Positions 9,979 through 19,241 are shown, counted from the stretch's first letter. The stretch is DNA of 38,478 nt from Candidatus Methylomirabilia bacterium (GCA_041478145.1 JBGOVO010000003.1:1-38478), one strand, 5' to 3'. The notes: a model not told the origin generated them from the sequence alone. Made by a program: numbers and translations.

Positions 9979-10479
9979 ATGGGTGTCACCGTCGCCAGCA
10001 GGCTCGAGCGGCTGGTCCGCTTCGTTCCCGGAGTGGCCGGCTACCAGGACCGGGAGAACGCCCGCGCCACCGACAAGCAGGTCCGCATGCGGCTCGTCGA
10101 GGAGATGCGGCGCCTCATGCTCGCCCTCGAGGAGGACAAGCAGCGGCTCGCCGAGTCCGGTGATCTCTCCTCGCCGCCACGTCTCGATCGCCTGTCGGGA
10201 CGGCTCGAGCGTCTGAGCCGCAGCGTCGAATTCGCGGGGCGGGGTTACGCCGGCCTCTTCGATCTCCCCAAGGTGGACGGGGACACGCTCGATCAGCTCT
10301 ACGCGTTCGACCTCGGCCTCTTCGAGGCGCTGAGCACGGTGCGGGCCCGGGCGGAGGCGGTGCGCGCCGCGCTCGCCGACGCGGCCGGGCTCGCGAGCGC
10401 GGCCCTGCACATGACCGAGGCGCTCGACGACTTCGGACAGCTCTTCGACAAGCGCCGGCTCATCGTCGACGCGGACTGA
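9979..10479 (+). CDS. Conserved hypothetical all-helical protein, first gene of the SPFH operon
   Basis: GAGGAGG RBS; PGVAGYQDRENARATDKQVR and GYAGLFD...LYAFDLGL look like conserved motifs. Confidence 0.75.
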   Translation: MGVTVASRLERLVRFVPGVAGYQDRENARATDKQVRMRLVEEMRRLMLALEEDKQRLAESGDLSSPPRLDRLSGRLERLSRSVEFAGRGYAGLFDLPKVDGDTLDQLYAFDLGLFEALSTVRARAEAVRAALADAAGLASAALHMTEALDDFGQLFDKRRLIVDAD

Positions 10480-10491
10480 GGACGGCACGCC

Positions 10492-11550
10492 ATGTCACCG
10501 ATCATGATGGAAGTCATCGAGTGGTTCGACCAGACCGGCACCGGCATCGTCCATCGCTATCCCGAGCAGGGCTCGGGAGACATCAAGATGGGCGCGCAGC
10601 TCGTCGTGCGCGAGAACCAGGCCGCGGTCTTCTTCCGCGACGGGCAGGGGCTCGACGTGCTCGGACCCGGACGCCACACGCTCTCGACCCAGAACCTGCC
10701 GGTCCTGACGCGCCTGCTCTCGCTGCCGTGGGGCTTCACGAGCCCGTTCCGCGCCGAGGTCTACTTCGTCAACCTGAAAGTCTTCACCAATATGCGCTGG
10801 GGCACGCGCGATCCGGTGGCCTTCAAGGACAGCCAGCTCGGCCTCATCCGGCTGCGCGCCTTCGGCAGCTTCACGATGCGGGTCAGCCAGCCGCTCCTGT
10901 TCGTCAACAGCCTGGTGGGCACGCAGGGCTCCTACACCACCGACCAGATCGAAGACTACCTGCGCGAGGTCATCGTCGCGCGGCTCAACGACTTCCTGGG
11001 CGAGACGGTGCAGAGCCTCCTCGACCTGCCGAAGCAGTACGACGAGATGGCGGTGGCGATCAAGACCCGCCTGGCCGAGGAGTTCCGGAAGTACGGCACC
11101 GAGATGGTGGACTTCTACATCAACCGCATCACTCCGCCCGAGGAAGTCGAGCGGATGATCGACGAGCGCTCCGGCATGGGCGCGGTCGGCGACCTCGACC
11201 GCTTCCTCAAGTTCAAGGCCGCGAAGGCCATGGGCGACGCCGCCCAGGGCAACGGCGGCGGGGTGGGCGGCGGGGCGGCCGCCGGCGTGGGCGTGGGAGT
11301 GGGCGCGGGCCTCGGCATGATGATGCCGGGCATGCTCGCCAAGAGTCTCGGCACGGAGCCCGCCGCTTCCCCGGCAACCGCGATCGTCACGTGCCCCGGC
11401 TGTCAGGCGGCGGTCCCCGCGGACAGCCGGTTCTGCGCCCGTTGCGGCCGGCAGCTCGCCGCGACCGCGCGGTGCGCGCGCTGCCAGGCCGAGCTGCCCG
11501 GCGGCGCCCGCTTCTGCGCCACGTGCGGCCAGGCGGTGGCCGGCAGCTGA
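10492..11550 (+). CDS. SPFH/band-7 domain protein with C-terminal double zinc ribbon (YdjI-like)
   Basis: GAQLVVRENQAAVF, GPGRHTLSTQNLP, SPFRAEVYFVN, WGT, LRAFG; Gly-rich linker; four CxxC motifs. Confidence 0.9.
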   Translation: MSPIMMEVIEWFDQTGTGIVHRYPEQGSGDIKMGAQLVVRENQAAVFFRDGQGLDVLGPGRHTLSTQNLPVLTRLLSLPWGFTSPFRAEVYFVNLKVFTNMRWGTRDPVAFKDSQLGLIRLRAFGSFTMRVSQPLLFVNSLVGTQGSYTTDQIEDYLREVIVARLNDFLGETVQSLLDLPKQYDEMAVAIKTRLAEEFRKYGTEMVDFYINRITPPEEVERMIDERSGMGAVGDLDRFLKFKAAKAMGDAAQGNGGGVGGGAAAGVGVGVGAGLGMMMPGMLAKSLGTEPAASPATAIVTCPGCQAAVPADSRFCARCGRQLAATARCARCQAELPGGARFCATCGQAVAGS

Positions 11551-11591
11551 CGCCGGCCCGCCCGCCCGCGCGGCGTCCCGAGGGCACCTCC

Positions 11592-13109
11592 ATGAGCCAG
11601 GTCGTCGTCTCGACCGAGTGCCCCACCTGCAGCGGCCCCCTCGACTTCTCGGAAGGGGCCAACGCCATCCGCTGCCCGAGCTGCGGCTCCACGCTGCTCG
11701 TCACCGGCCGCAAGCAGGTGCTGAGCTACTGGGTCGCGCCCAAGGTCAAGGCCGACGTGGCGGGCGCCGCCGCGCGCACCGGCCGGCTCGAGGCGCAGGT
11801 GGCGCGCGCGCAGCTCTTCTTCGTCCCCTTCTACCGGCTCACCGGTCACGATTTCCAGTGGCAGGACGTCCCGCCCAAGCCGGCGCCTGAGAGTCCGGCG
11901 CTCCCGTCGATGATGGTCGGGGGAACCGACCGGGCCGCCGACCGCCCCGAGATCGAGATTCCCCTCGGCGCGGTGCTGGGCTGGGGCGCCGACCTCGTGC
12001 TGGGGAAGCGGGCCGGCGACGTGGTGCGCGACCTCCTGCGAGCTGCCCCGAAGCCGGAGCGCTCGCTCGAGGCGGCGGTGCTGACCGCCCCGCGGCCGCT
12101 CGCCGCGCCCGGCGCCGACGCGCCCGTGCAGTTCCTCGATCGCTACGTGGAGAAGACCTTCCCGGCCGCGGATCTCCCGGGGCTCGGCGTCTACTCGCTC
12201 GGGGTGCGCGCCCAGGCGCTCCGGGTCTCGCTCTTCCGGCGCGAGGCGCTGGCCGCGCTCGGCACGATCGTCCCGGTGCAGCTCGCCGAGGCCGCGGCCA
12301 TGGCGCAGGGCCTGGCCTCCCCCGGCTTCGACCACGTCGTGTACCGCCAGGTCCTCGGTCGCATCCTCTCGGTGATCTTCTTCCCGTTCTGGGTGGTCGA
12401 GCTGGCTCAGGGCGACCAGAAGTGGCTCACCGTCGTGGACGGTGTGGCCGAGAGCGTGGTCCAGCCTCGCGTGCCGGTCGCGCTGTACGATGCGCTCACG
12501 CGCGGGGCGGCGGCGGAGCAGCGGACGGTGGGGCTCCGGCCCCTCGTGTGCCCGAACTGCGGATGGACCCTGCCGCTCGAGCCCGACGACGTGATCTTCC
12601 TCTGCGCGTCCTGCAACCGGGCCTGGCAGGTCCACGGCGCCGAGCTGACCGAGACGCCGCACGAGATCGCCGAGATCGCCGCGCCCGGCGCGCCCGACGT
12701 CGCCCACGCGAGCGACCCGGCGAGCGCCGTCTACCTGCCGTTCTGGCAGCTCGAGCTCGCGACCGCGGGGCCGGAGGGCCGCGCGTGGGCCCCCGCGTTC
12801 CGCTATCGCCGGCTCAAGGCCCTCCACGATCTCACGACGCGGCTGTCCGCGAAGCCGCCGGCGTATCGCCCGTGGACGGGCGAGCGCCCGGTGGCCCAGG
12901 GCTGCTTCTACGACGCCGAGGACGCCGTGCTGCTGGCGCGCTTCGCGGCGGCGGGCCGGCGACGGACCCCGGATGCGGTGAAGGCGGCCGCCGGCTCGGA
13001 GCCGGACTTCCAGGCCGCGCGGCTCACCTGGATTCCCTTCAAGCGTGAGAGCCAGTCCCTGCTCGATCCCTCCACGGGGCTGGCGCTCCAGGAGGCGCTG
13101 CTTGGTTAA
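11592..13109 (+). CDS. Zinc-ribbon protein (YdjG-like, two CxxC...CxxC modules)
   Basis: CPTCSGPL...CPSCGS and CPNCGWTL...CASCN; repeated FVPFY / FFPFW / YLPFW motifs. Confidence 0.75.
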   Translation: MSQVVVSTECPTCSGPLDFSEGANAIRCPSCGSTLLVTGRKQVLSYWVAPKVKADVAGAAARTGRLEAQVARAQLFFVPFYRLTGHDFQWQDVPPKPAPESPALPSMMVGGTDRAADRPEIEIPLGAVLGWGADLVLGKRAGDVVRDLLRAAPKPERSLEAAVLTAPRPLAAPGADAPVQFLDRYVEKTFPAADLPGLGVYSLGVRAQALRVSLFRREALAALGTIVPVQLAEAAAMAQGLASPGFDHVVYRQVLGRILSVIFFPFWVVELAQGDQKWLTVVDGVAESVVQPRVPVALYDALTRGAAAEQRTVGLRPLVCPNCGWTLPLEPDDVIFLCASCNRAWQVHGAELTETPHEIAEIAAPGAPDVAHASDPASAVYLPFWQLELATAGPEGRAWAPAFRYRRLKALHDLTTRLSAKPPAYRPWTGERPVAQGCFYDAEDAVLLARFAAAGRRRTPDAVKAAAGSEPDFQAARLTWIPFKRESQSLLDPSTGLALQEALLG

Positions 13110-13578
13110 GAAGCGAGTGCAGTCTCGCCGATTCTCGATCCCCCGCGCCATCGTGCGCGGCGTACTGCTGCTCCTCTTCGCCGCCGTGCTCGGGGTGGCC
13201 GGCTTCCAGGCGGTACGGTTTGCTCGCTCCTGCTGGACGATCGACGGCGCGCGCGAGGCCATCGAGGCTCATCTCAAGGGCAAGCAGGTGCGGCGGATGG
13301 CGCGGATCCTGAAGGCCGCCGATCGCGAGGTGCTGGCCGCGCGGACGGCGGTGCGGGTGACCGCGCTGACCTGCGGGCCGAGCCTGCTGGGCGGCATGAC
13401 GTGCCGCGCGCGCTACGTGGTGAACGGGCAGAGCGTGGGGATGGACGCGGCCGACCACTACTTCCGGATGCGCTATTCCGTGCTGACGGGCTGGCAGGCC
13501 GCCAGCGTGACCGAGACGTCGGGGCTACGCTACTCGCTCACGCCCTGCCGGTGCTCGTGGGGCGGCGACGGGCGATAG
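13102..13578 (+). CDS. Hypothetical membrane-anchored protein
   Basis: GGAGG RBS then TTG 13102, overlapping the upstream stop; one TM helix; Cys-containing extracytoplasmic part. Confidence 0.6.
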   Translation: MVKKRVQSRRFSIPRAIVRGVLLLLFAAVLGVAGFQAVRFARSCWTIDGAREAIEAHLKGKQVRRMARILKAADREVLAARTAVRVTALTCGPSLLGGMTCRARYVVNGQSVGMDAADHYFRMRYSVLTGWQAASVTETSGLRYSLTPCRCSWGGDGR

Positions 13579-14195
13579 CCCTGGGGATCACCCGCCGGCC
13601 GCGGCCGGCGGTGGCCGCGGCCCTCGCTGCGCCCGGGCACCCGCGCCTCCGGCCTCCGCGCCCAGTCGCCGTTCCCGCTTCGTGATCCCCCGGTTCTAGA
13701 TCCGAAAATCGGGAAGATCTCCCGGACAAGCCCCTCGTACTCCTCCACCGTCCGCGGATAGATGTCGAGGTCCGGCACCAGGTGGAGATCCCGCGTGACG
13801 GGCGACTTGCGCGGGGGCTGGGCCGAGACGTGGACCGCCTGGAAGCACGAGCGGCCGGCGTCGGGTCGGTCGGTCACGATGATCTCGTAGAGCTCCGGCC
13901 CCTGCTGGCTCACCTCGGGTGCGCGGGAGGGCGAGTCGCGACGGAGGTACTCCTCGAGGTCGGCGCGGTACTTCACCTCGATGGCGAGCAGCCGGTACGA
14001 GTGCCGATCCGGGCCCGGCCCGCCCAGCGCTCTCCACACCACGAAATCGGGGGTGAACTCGGCCCGCCCGGTGCGCATGAGCGCCGGCACCTGCGTCTCC
14101 CGCCCCACGCGCGCCACCGTGTACTGGGCGCGCTTGAAGATACCCTCGACCAGCGCCTCCGCCATCCGGCCCTTCAGGAGATTGATCTGGTCCAT
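13530..14195 (-). CDS. PD-(D/E)XK nuclease-fold protein
   Basis: KGRMAEALVE helix, FTPDFVV, LAIEVKYR: the E...PD...ExK catalytic arrangement. Confidence 0.7.
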   Translation of the reverse strand: MDQINLLKGRMAEALVEGIFKRAQYTVARVGRETQVPALMRTGRAEFTPDFVVWRALGGPGPDRHSYRLLAIEVKYRADLEEYLRRDSPSRAPEVSQQGPELYEIIVTDRPDAGRSCFQAVHVSAQPPRKSPVTRDLHLVPDLDIYPRTVEEYEGLVREIFPIFGSRTGGSRSGNGDWARRPEARVPGRSEGRGHRRPRPAGDPQGYRPSPPHEHRQGVSE

Positions 14196-14198
14196 GGA

Positions 14199-14243
14199 CT
14201 TGGAGCCGGGGGCCTTGGAGCCGGGAGCCTTGGAGCCGGGGCT
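14199..14243. repeat. 15-bp tandem repeat x3 (CTTGGAGCCGGG + 3 variable nt)
   Basis: Copies start at 14199, 14214 and 14229, between the upstream stop and the nuclease ATG. Confidence 0.9.
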
Positions 14244-14650
14244 CAGCGCTGGGCGTCGGAGATCTTGGAGGACAGCTCCCGCAACCGCTGGAGCGTCTCC
14301 GGGCGTAGCATCGCGGCGAAGCCGGCGGGATCGGACTTGGCGCGCTCGAGGGCCTCGTTCATGCGCTGCGGGTCTCCGCCCGAGTTCCGGGCGAGATCGG
14401 CGAACACCTCGGCCGCGATCCCGTAGACCTCCTGCGCGAGGGCCGACGAGCCGGCCATGCCCTGCACCTGCTTGTCGATCGCCGCCGCGGCGGGGTCGGC
14501 GGCGAGAACATCGCCCCGGGCGGCGGGATCGGCGAGCATGCGGAGCGTCGTCGCCAGGGCCTCCGCGGACGCCGCATCGAGCACCTGGGCCGGGAGCGGG
14601 GTCGCGATGAGGATGAGCAGGACAAGAGCCGTCGCGAGTCGTTTGATCAT
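14243..14650 (-). CDS. Hypothetical secreted helical protein
   Basis: Signal peptide MIKRLATALVLLILIATPLPA-Q. Confidence 0.7.
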   Translation of the reverse strand: MIKRLATALVLLILIATPLPAQVLDAASAEALATTLRMLADPAARGDVLAADPAAAAIDKQVQGMAGSSALAQEVYGIAAEVFADLARNSGGDPQRMNEALERAKSDPAGFAAMLRPETLQRLRELSSKISDAQR

Positions 14651-14741
14651 GGCGTTCGGAATCAGCAAGAGTCGGACCAGGCGCGGAGCCCCGGAACCCG
14701 CCGGGAACATTCCGACCGGGCGGACGGCCGCGGCGCTCGGC

Positions 14742-14756
14742 TGACAGCCGGTGTCA
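14742..14756. promoter_or_regulatory. Palindromic operator candidate TGACA-N5-TGTCA
   Basis: Perfect 5-bp arms in the divergent intergenic region, upstream of TTGACC-18bp-AATAAT (14783-14812). Confidence 0.4.
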
Positions 14757-14850
14757 CGTCGCGCACAACGGGTGGCCGCGGCTTGACCGCCCGGGCGCCC
14801 CCGGAGAATAATCGCCGGGCGACGCCACCCCGCTGGAAGAGGAGATCACC

Positions 14851-15321
14851 ATGGCGACATCCGCTCACCGGGAAGAGATCTGGGTGCCGGGCATGCCCCA
14901 ACCCATCAGCCACTTCGTCCACGTGGTCCGCGCGGGCCGGCTCGTCTTCGTCTCCGGCTGCGTGGCCAGTGACGACCACGGACGCACGGTGGGCGGCAGC
15001 GACATCGTCGCCCAGACCCGCCAGGTCCACGAGAACATCAAGCGGTGCCTCGCCGCGGCCGGCGCCACCTTCGCCGACGTCTGCAAGGTGACGGTGTACC
15101 TCAAGAACGTGGCGGACCGCGAGGCGGTCAACACGGTGCGGAAGGAGTATTTCGGGGCAAGCCGGCCCGCGAGCACCCTCATCGAGATCTCCCAGTTCGT
15201 CCGCCCGGACCTGCTCATCGAGATCGAGGCGGTGGCGGTGGTGCCCGAACGGAGCCGCCAGAAGGCGCGCGGCAAGGTGCGCGCGGGGCGCGCCGCCTCG
15301 CGGAAGTCGCGCCGCCGCTGA
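14851..15321 (+). CDS. RidA/YjgF family protein with a basic C-terminal tail
   Basis: LVFVSGCV, QTRQVHENIKRCL, KVTVYL, RPASTLIEI, LLIEIEAVA; GAGGAG RBS. Confidence 0.9.
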   Translation: MATSAHREEIWVPGMPQPISHFVHVVRAGRLVFVSGCVASDDHGRTVGGSDIVAQTRQVHENIKRCLAAAGATFADVCKVTVYLKNVADREAVNTVRKEYFGASRPASTLIEISQFVRPDLLIEIEAVAVVPERSRQKARGKVRAGRAASRKSRRR

Positions 15322-15334
15322 GCCGGCCGCGGCC

Positions 15335-16195
15335 TCAGCCCTTGACCGCACCCGCCGACAGCCCCTGGATCAGGTGGCGCTGGAGGTAGGTGAAGAGGAT
15401 CGCCACCGGGATCGTGCTGATGATGACGCCGGCCGAGAGCTGCCCCCACTGGATCTCGTATTGGCCCACCATGAAGAGCAGCCCGGCCGAGAGCGTGCGC
15501 ATCTCGGTCTGCGACGTGAACGTGATCGCGAAGAGCAGCTCGCTCCACGAGGCCACGAAGGCGAAGATCGCGGTGGCGGCCACCCCGGGCGCGGCGAGCG
15601 GCAGGACGATGCGACAGAGCGCGCCGAAGTTCGTGCAGCCGTCGAGCATCGCGCTCTCCTCCAGCTCGCGCGGGATCGACTCGAAGTAGCCCACCAGCAT
15701 CCACACCGTGAACGGCACCGTGAAGGAGAAGTTGGAGTAGATCAGGGCCTGGTAGGTGTCGATGAGCCCGAGCGCGTACCACTGCGACAGCAGCGGCGCG
15801 ATGAGCAGCACCGCCGGGAACATCTGGGTGGCGAGGAACACGAGCAGGAACGTCTGGCGGCCCGCGAAGCGAAAGCGGGCCAGCGCGTAGCCGGCCAGGA
15901 TCGAGACCACCGTGGTGGCCACCATGGTCACCGACGACACCCACAGGCTGTTGGCGAAGAAGCGGCTGAATGGCGTGAGGCGCGACGTCCAGGCTTCCAC
16001 GTAGTTGGCCAGGCTCAGGGAAGCGGGCAGGTACACGATGGGCGTGGCGTAGAGCTCCGCCCGCGTCTTGAACGAGGCGAGGAGCACCCAGACGAAGGGC
16101 GCCACCGCGAAGAGCGTGAGGGCGGCGAGGCCCATCCAGAGCACGGGGCCGCCGAGCACGCGCTCGGCCCAATCGAGGCCGGGCGCGCGCCTCAC
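15335..16195 (-). CDS. Carbohydrate ABC transporter permease (MalG-like)
   Basis: NSLWVS, IPRELEESAMLDG EAA loop, QGLSAGAVKG end; GTG start overlaps the upstream stop. Confidence 0.92.
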   Translation of the reverse strand: MRRAPGLDWAERVLGGPVLWMGLAALTLFAVAPFVWVLLASFKTRAELYATPIVYLPASLSLANYVEAWTSRLTPFSRFFANSLWVSSVTMVATTVVSILAGYALARFRFAGRQTFLLVFLATQMFPAVLLIAPLLSQWYALGLIDTYQALIYSNFSFTVPFTVWMLVGYFESIPRELEESAMLDGCTNFGALCRIVLPLAAPGVAATAIFAFVASWSELLFAITFTSQTEMRTLSAGLLFMVGQYEIQWGQLSAGVIISTIPVAILFTYLQRHLIQGLSAGAVKG

Positions 16196-17124
16196 GCCAC
16201 GCTCTCGAGGCCGCGGGTGAGCCGCAGGTAGACCACGGTGAACGCGAGCATGATCAGGAGCAGGGCCACCGACAGGGTCGCCGCGTAGCCGAAGTCGAGG
16301 TTCGAGTAGGCCTGGAGCAGGGTGTAGGTGGAGGTGATCTGGGTGGCGTTGGCGGGCCCGCCGCTCGTCATGACGAAGATGAGGTCCGCGTAGTTGAAGG
16401 TCCACACGATGCGGGTGGCGGTGGCCACCACGATGATGGGCTTGAGCATCGGCAGCGTGATGAACCGGAAGCGCTGGAAGACGGAGGCGCCGTCCACCCG
16501 CCCCGCCTCGTAGAGCTCGCCCGGGATGGCCTGCAGCCCCGCCAGCAGCATGATCGCGAAGAAGGGCACCCCGCGCCAGACATTGGTGAGGATCACCGCG
16601 GGCATGGCCAGGGCCGGGTTCGCCAGCCACGCCACCCGCTCGGTCATCACGCCGGCGCGGCTCAGGATGTCGTTGAGCAGGCCGTAGTTGGGCTGATAGA
16701 TGAACTCCCAGATCAGGGCCACCACCACCCCCGGGATGATCCAGGGCAGCAGGGTGATCGTGCGGACGAGGGCCCGACCGCGGAACGACTGATGCAGCAA
16801 GAGCGCCGCCGCGAAGCCACCCAGGAATTGGAACAGCACCGAGCCGAACACCCACTGGAACGAGTTCCACAGGCTCAGCCAGAAGGTCTCGTCGTGGAGC
16901 AGGCGCGCGTAGTTGGCGAGCCCCACGTAGCCGTACTCCTGGGGCCTGATGAGCACGTGGTTGTAGAGGCTCATCTGCATCGCCTTGAGGATCGGGAACA
17001 GCACCGTGCCCCCCAGGGCGAGGATGACCGGGATCAGGTAGCAGTAGCCGGTCAGGAGCTCCCGGGCGCGCCGCGAGAGGAGCGGGCGCGCCACGGGAGC
17101 GGTGAGGGTCGCTCCGCGGGCCAT
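16192..17124 (-). CDS. Carbohydrate ABC transporter permease (MalF-like)
   Basis: VGLANY, LAGLQAIPGELYEAGRVDGA, TSGGPANAT. Confidence 0.92.
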   Translation of the reverse strand: MARGATLTAPVARPLLSRRARELLTGYCYLIPVILALGGTVLFPILKAMQMSLYNHVLIRPQEYGYVGLANYARLLHDETFWLSLWNSFQWVFGSVLFQFLGGFAAALLLHQSFRGRALVRTITLLPWIIPGVVVALIWEFIYQPNYGLLNDILSRAGVMTERVAWLANPALAMPAVILTNVWRGVPFFAIMLLAGLQAIPGELYEAGRVDGASVFQRFRFITLPMLKPIIVVATATRIVWTFNYADLIFVMTSGGPANATQITSTYTLLQAYSNLDFGYAATLSVALLLIMLAFTVVYLRLTRGLESVA

Positions 17125-17134
17125 GGGCCGGCGG

Positions 17135-18439
17135 CTACGCCATGTTCTTGGTGAGCACCTCGGCGAACTTGTCGAGGAACTCCTTGGACGACAGCTTGCC
17201 CACCAGGGCCTGCTGGAAGAGGGGCACGCCTTCCGAGTCGATCTTGCCGCCCCAGCCCGCGTAGGCCAGATACGGGCTCACGATCGAGAACGGGAAGGAC
17301 TTGATGAAGCCCTGGTAGGCCGGGTCGTGCATGAACTCCGGCCGCTCGAACAAGGTCTTCCGGGACGGCAGGAGCCCGAGCCCCTTCGTGTACATGAGGT
17401 TCGGCTCGTCTTCCATGAGCCAGCTCATGAAGCGCCAGGCGCCCTCGCGGCTCTTCCCCTTGTTGAACGCGGTCAGCGTCTCCGAGAAGTAGAACGAGTT
17501 GCGCTTCTTGGCGGGGCCGAGCGGCAGCGGCACCGTCGAGAAGTTCTTCTCGCCCACGAACCCCTTCTGCTCCTCGGCGGAGCCGGAGTTGTGGATGTAG
17601 GTATTGGTGATCCCGCGGCCGAAGCCCTCCACGATGCCGCGCCAGCCGTCGGTGGGCACCGAGGGCGGGCAGACCTTGTGCTTGCGGAAGAGGTCCAGGT
17701 ACCAGTCGAGCGCCTCCGCCGCCTCCCTGGAGTTGATGACAACCTTGCCGTCCTTCAGCACCTGGGCGCCGTTGGCGTACATGAACTCGGTGGCGTAGAG
17801 CACCGCCCACGTCCCCTGCCCGCGCATGCCGAATCCGTACTGGTTCTTGTCGGTCCTGGTGAACGCCTTCGTGAAGGCGAGGAAGTCGTCGAAGCCCCAG
17901 TCGTCCTTGGGCGCCGAGAGCCCGTACTCTTTCATGCGATCGGTGCGGTAGTAGAGCGCGTCGTTGGTGACCACCCAGGGCAACGAGGCGATCTTGTTCT
18001 TCACCGTCACCGTCTGCCACGCCAGCGGCAGCACGTCCTTATAGTGCTTCCAGTCCTTGACCTTGGGCGTGAGGTCCTCGAGCGCGCCCATCCCCTCGAA
18101 CTCGCCCACCCAGTTGTCCCAGACCTGGCAGCAGTCCGGCGGGCTGCCCGCGGCCACCGAGGTGATCAGCTTCTGGCGCGCCTGGGCCTGGGGGACGAAC
18201 TCGACCTTCACCTCGAAGTCCTTCTGGGCCTGGTTGAAGCGCTGGACCAGCGACTCCACGAGGGCGTTGCGCTTGGGCTCGGGCACGCTGAACTGGAAGC
18301 GGACCGGCGCGGCGCCCCAGGCCCGCCGGGGGCGGAGCAGCGGCTCCTCCCACCACTTGAGATCGGCGGCGGTGAGGGTGCCCGCGGCGGCCATGGTCTT
18401 GAGCAGCGCCCGGCGGGACAGGATTCGACGTTCGTTCAT
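17135..18439 (-). CDS. Sugar ABC transporter substrate-binding protein, Tat-exported
   Basis: SRRALLK twin-arginine signal; AAGSPPD, LYYRTD, AWRFMSWL (SBP family 1); GGAGG RBS. Confidence 0.9.
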   Translation of the reverse strand: MNERRILSRRALLKTMAAAGTLTAADLKWWEEPLLRPRRAWGAAPVRFQFSVPEPKRNALVESLVQRFNQAQKDFEVKVEFVPQAQARQKLITSVAAGSPPDCCQVWDNWVGEFEGMGALEDLTPKVKDWKHYKDVLPLAWQTVTVKNKIASLPWVVTNDALYYRTDRMKEYGLSAPKDDWGFDDFLAFTKAFTRTDKNQYGFGMRGQGTWAVLYATEFMYANGAQVLKDGKVVINSREAAEALDWYLDLFRKHKVCPPSVPTDGWRGIVEGFGRGITNTYIHNSGSAEEQKGFVGEKNFSTVPLPLGPAKKRNSFYFSETLTAFNKGKSREGAWRFMSWLMEDEPNLMYTKGLGLLPSRKTLFERPEFMHDPAYQGFIKSFPFSIVSPYLAYAGWGGKIDSEGVPLFQQALVGKLSSKEFLDKFAEVLTKNMA

Positions 18440-18554
18440 CGGGAGCCTCCGTGCACTCGTCAGTGAGAGTTGGTGATAGACCGTAGCGCTTCTACCGGGC
18501 CGGAGACAAGCCTCCCCGGACCCGGCCCGAAGCGGATACTACACCAACCGCGCG

Positions 18555-18583
18555 TTGACACCCCGGCACCCGCCCGGTAGCAT
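18555..18583 (+). promoter_or_regulatory. sigma70-type promoter
   Basis: TTGACA-17bp-TAGCAT. Confidence 0.7.
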
Positions 18584-18594
18584 CCTGCCCGACG

Positions 18595-18834
18595 ATGAGG
18601 CGCCGGGGCGGCGAGCAGCAGATCAACGGCCTCTTCCTCCAGGACGTCTACACGCCCGTCTCCATGCTCGAGCTGGTGGGCGGCATCCGCGCCGACTACT
18701 GGCGCGCCTACGACGGCTTCCGGCGCGACACGCCGCCGCCCGCCGGCAACACGTTACCGTTGGGCATCAGTGAGGGCGTCGTCTCCATCGGCGCGCCCTT
18801 CCTGGTCCACGGCGGGGTGCGGCTGCAGTGCTGA
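18595..18834 (+). pseudogene. TonB-dependent receptor remnant (deleted mosaic)
   Basis: GGEQQINGLFLQDVYTP..LELVGGIRADYW is a barrel-strand motif; GAPFLVHGGVRLQ resembles the terminal strand; only 79 codons. Confidence 0.6.
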
Positions 18835-19241
18835 CCCTGATCCGCATCCGCCTCGCGTCGCTTCACTTCACCGCGCGGTGGGAGGAGACCGCCGCGCCGC
18901 GCACCTGCGCCGCCTTCCGCCGGCTCCTCCCGTACCGGCAGCGGATCATCCAGGCCCGCTGGAGCGGCGAGGCGGGCTGGATCCCGCTCGGCGATCTCGA
19001 TCTGGGGGTCGGGCCCGAGAACCCCACGAGCGAGCCCCCGCCGGGCGCGCTGCTCTTCTATCCCGCCGGCATCAGCGAGACCGAGATCCTCTTCCCGTAC
19101 GGGGAGACGCGCTTCGCGAGCAAGCTCGGTCCGCTGGCGGGCAATCACTTCCTCACGATCGAGGAGGGTCGCGGGCAGCTTCCGGAGGTGGGACGGCTCC
19201 TGGGCTGGGCGGGCGCCCAGGACATCACCTTCGAGGCGTAG
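18828..19241 (+). CDS. DUF3830 family (cyclophilin-like fold) protein
   Basis: APRTCAAF, ARWSGEA, ENPTSEPPPG.LLFYPAGISETEILFPYG, GPLAGNHFLTI, GAQDI. Confidence 0.85.
   Translation: MLTLIRIRLASLHFTARWEETAAPRTCAAFRRLLPYRQRIIQARWSGEAGWIPLGDLDLGVGPENPTSEPPPGALLFYPAGISETEILFPYGETRFASKLGPLAGNHFLTIEEGRGQLPEVGRLLGWAGAQDITFEA

Noticed and set aside
14199-14243. 15-bp repeats as a mini-CRISPR or iterons
   Set aside because: Only 3-nt variable parts, three copies, and no cas or rep gene.
15335-18439. Missing ATPase in the sugar ABC cluster as a novelty
   Set aside because: CUT1 transporters commonly share an MsmK/MalK-type ATPase encoded elsewhere.
18481-18498. GTAGCGCTTCTAC as a LacI-family operator for the sugar operon
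   Set aside because: Only the AGCGCT core matches, and no LacI gene is in the window; too weak to call.
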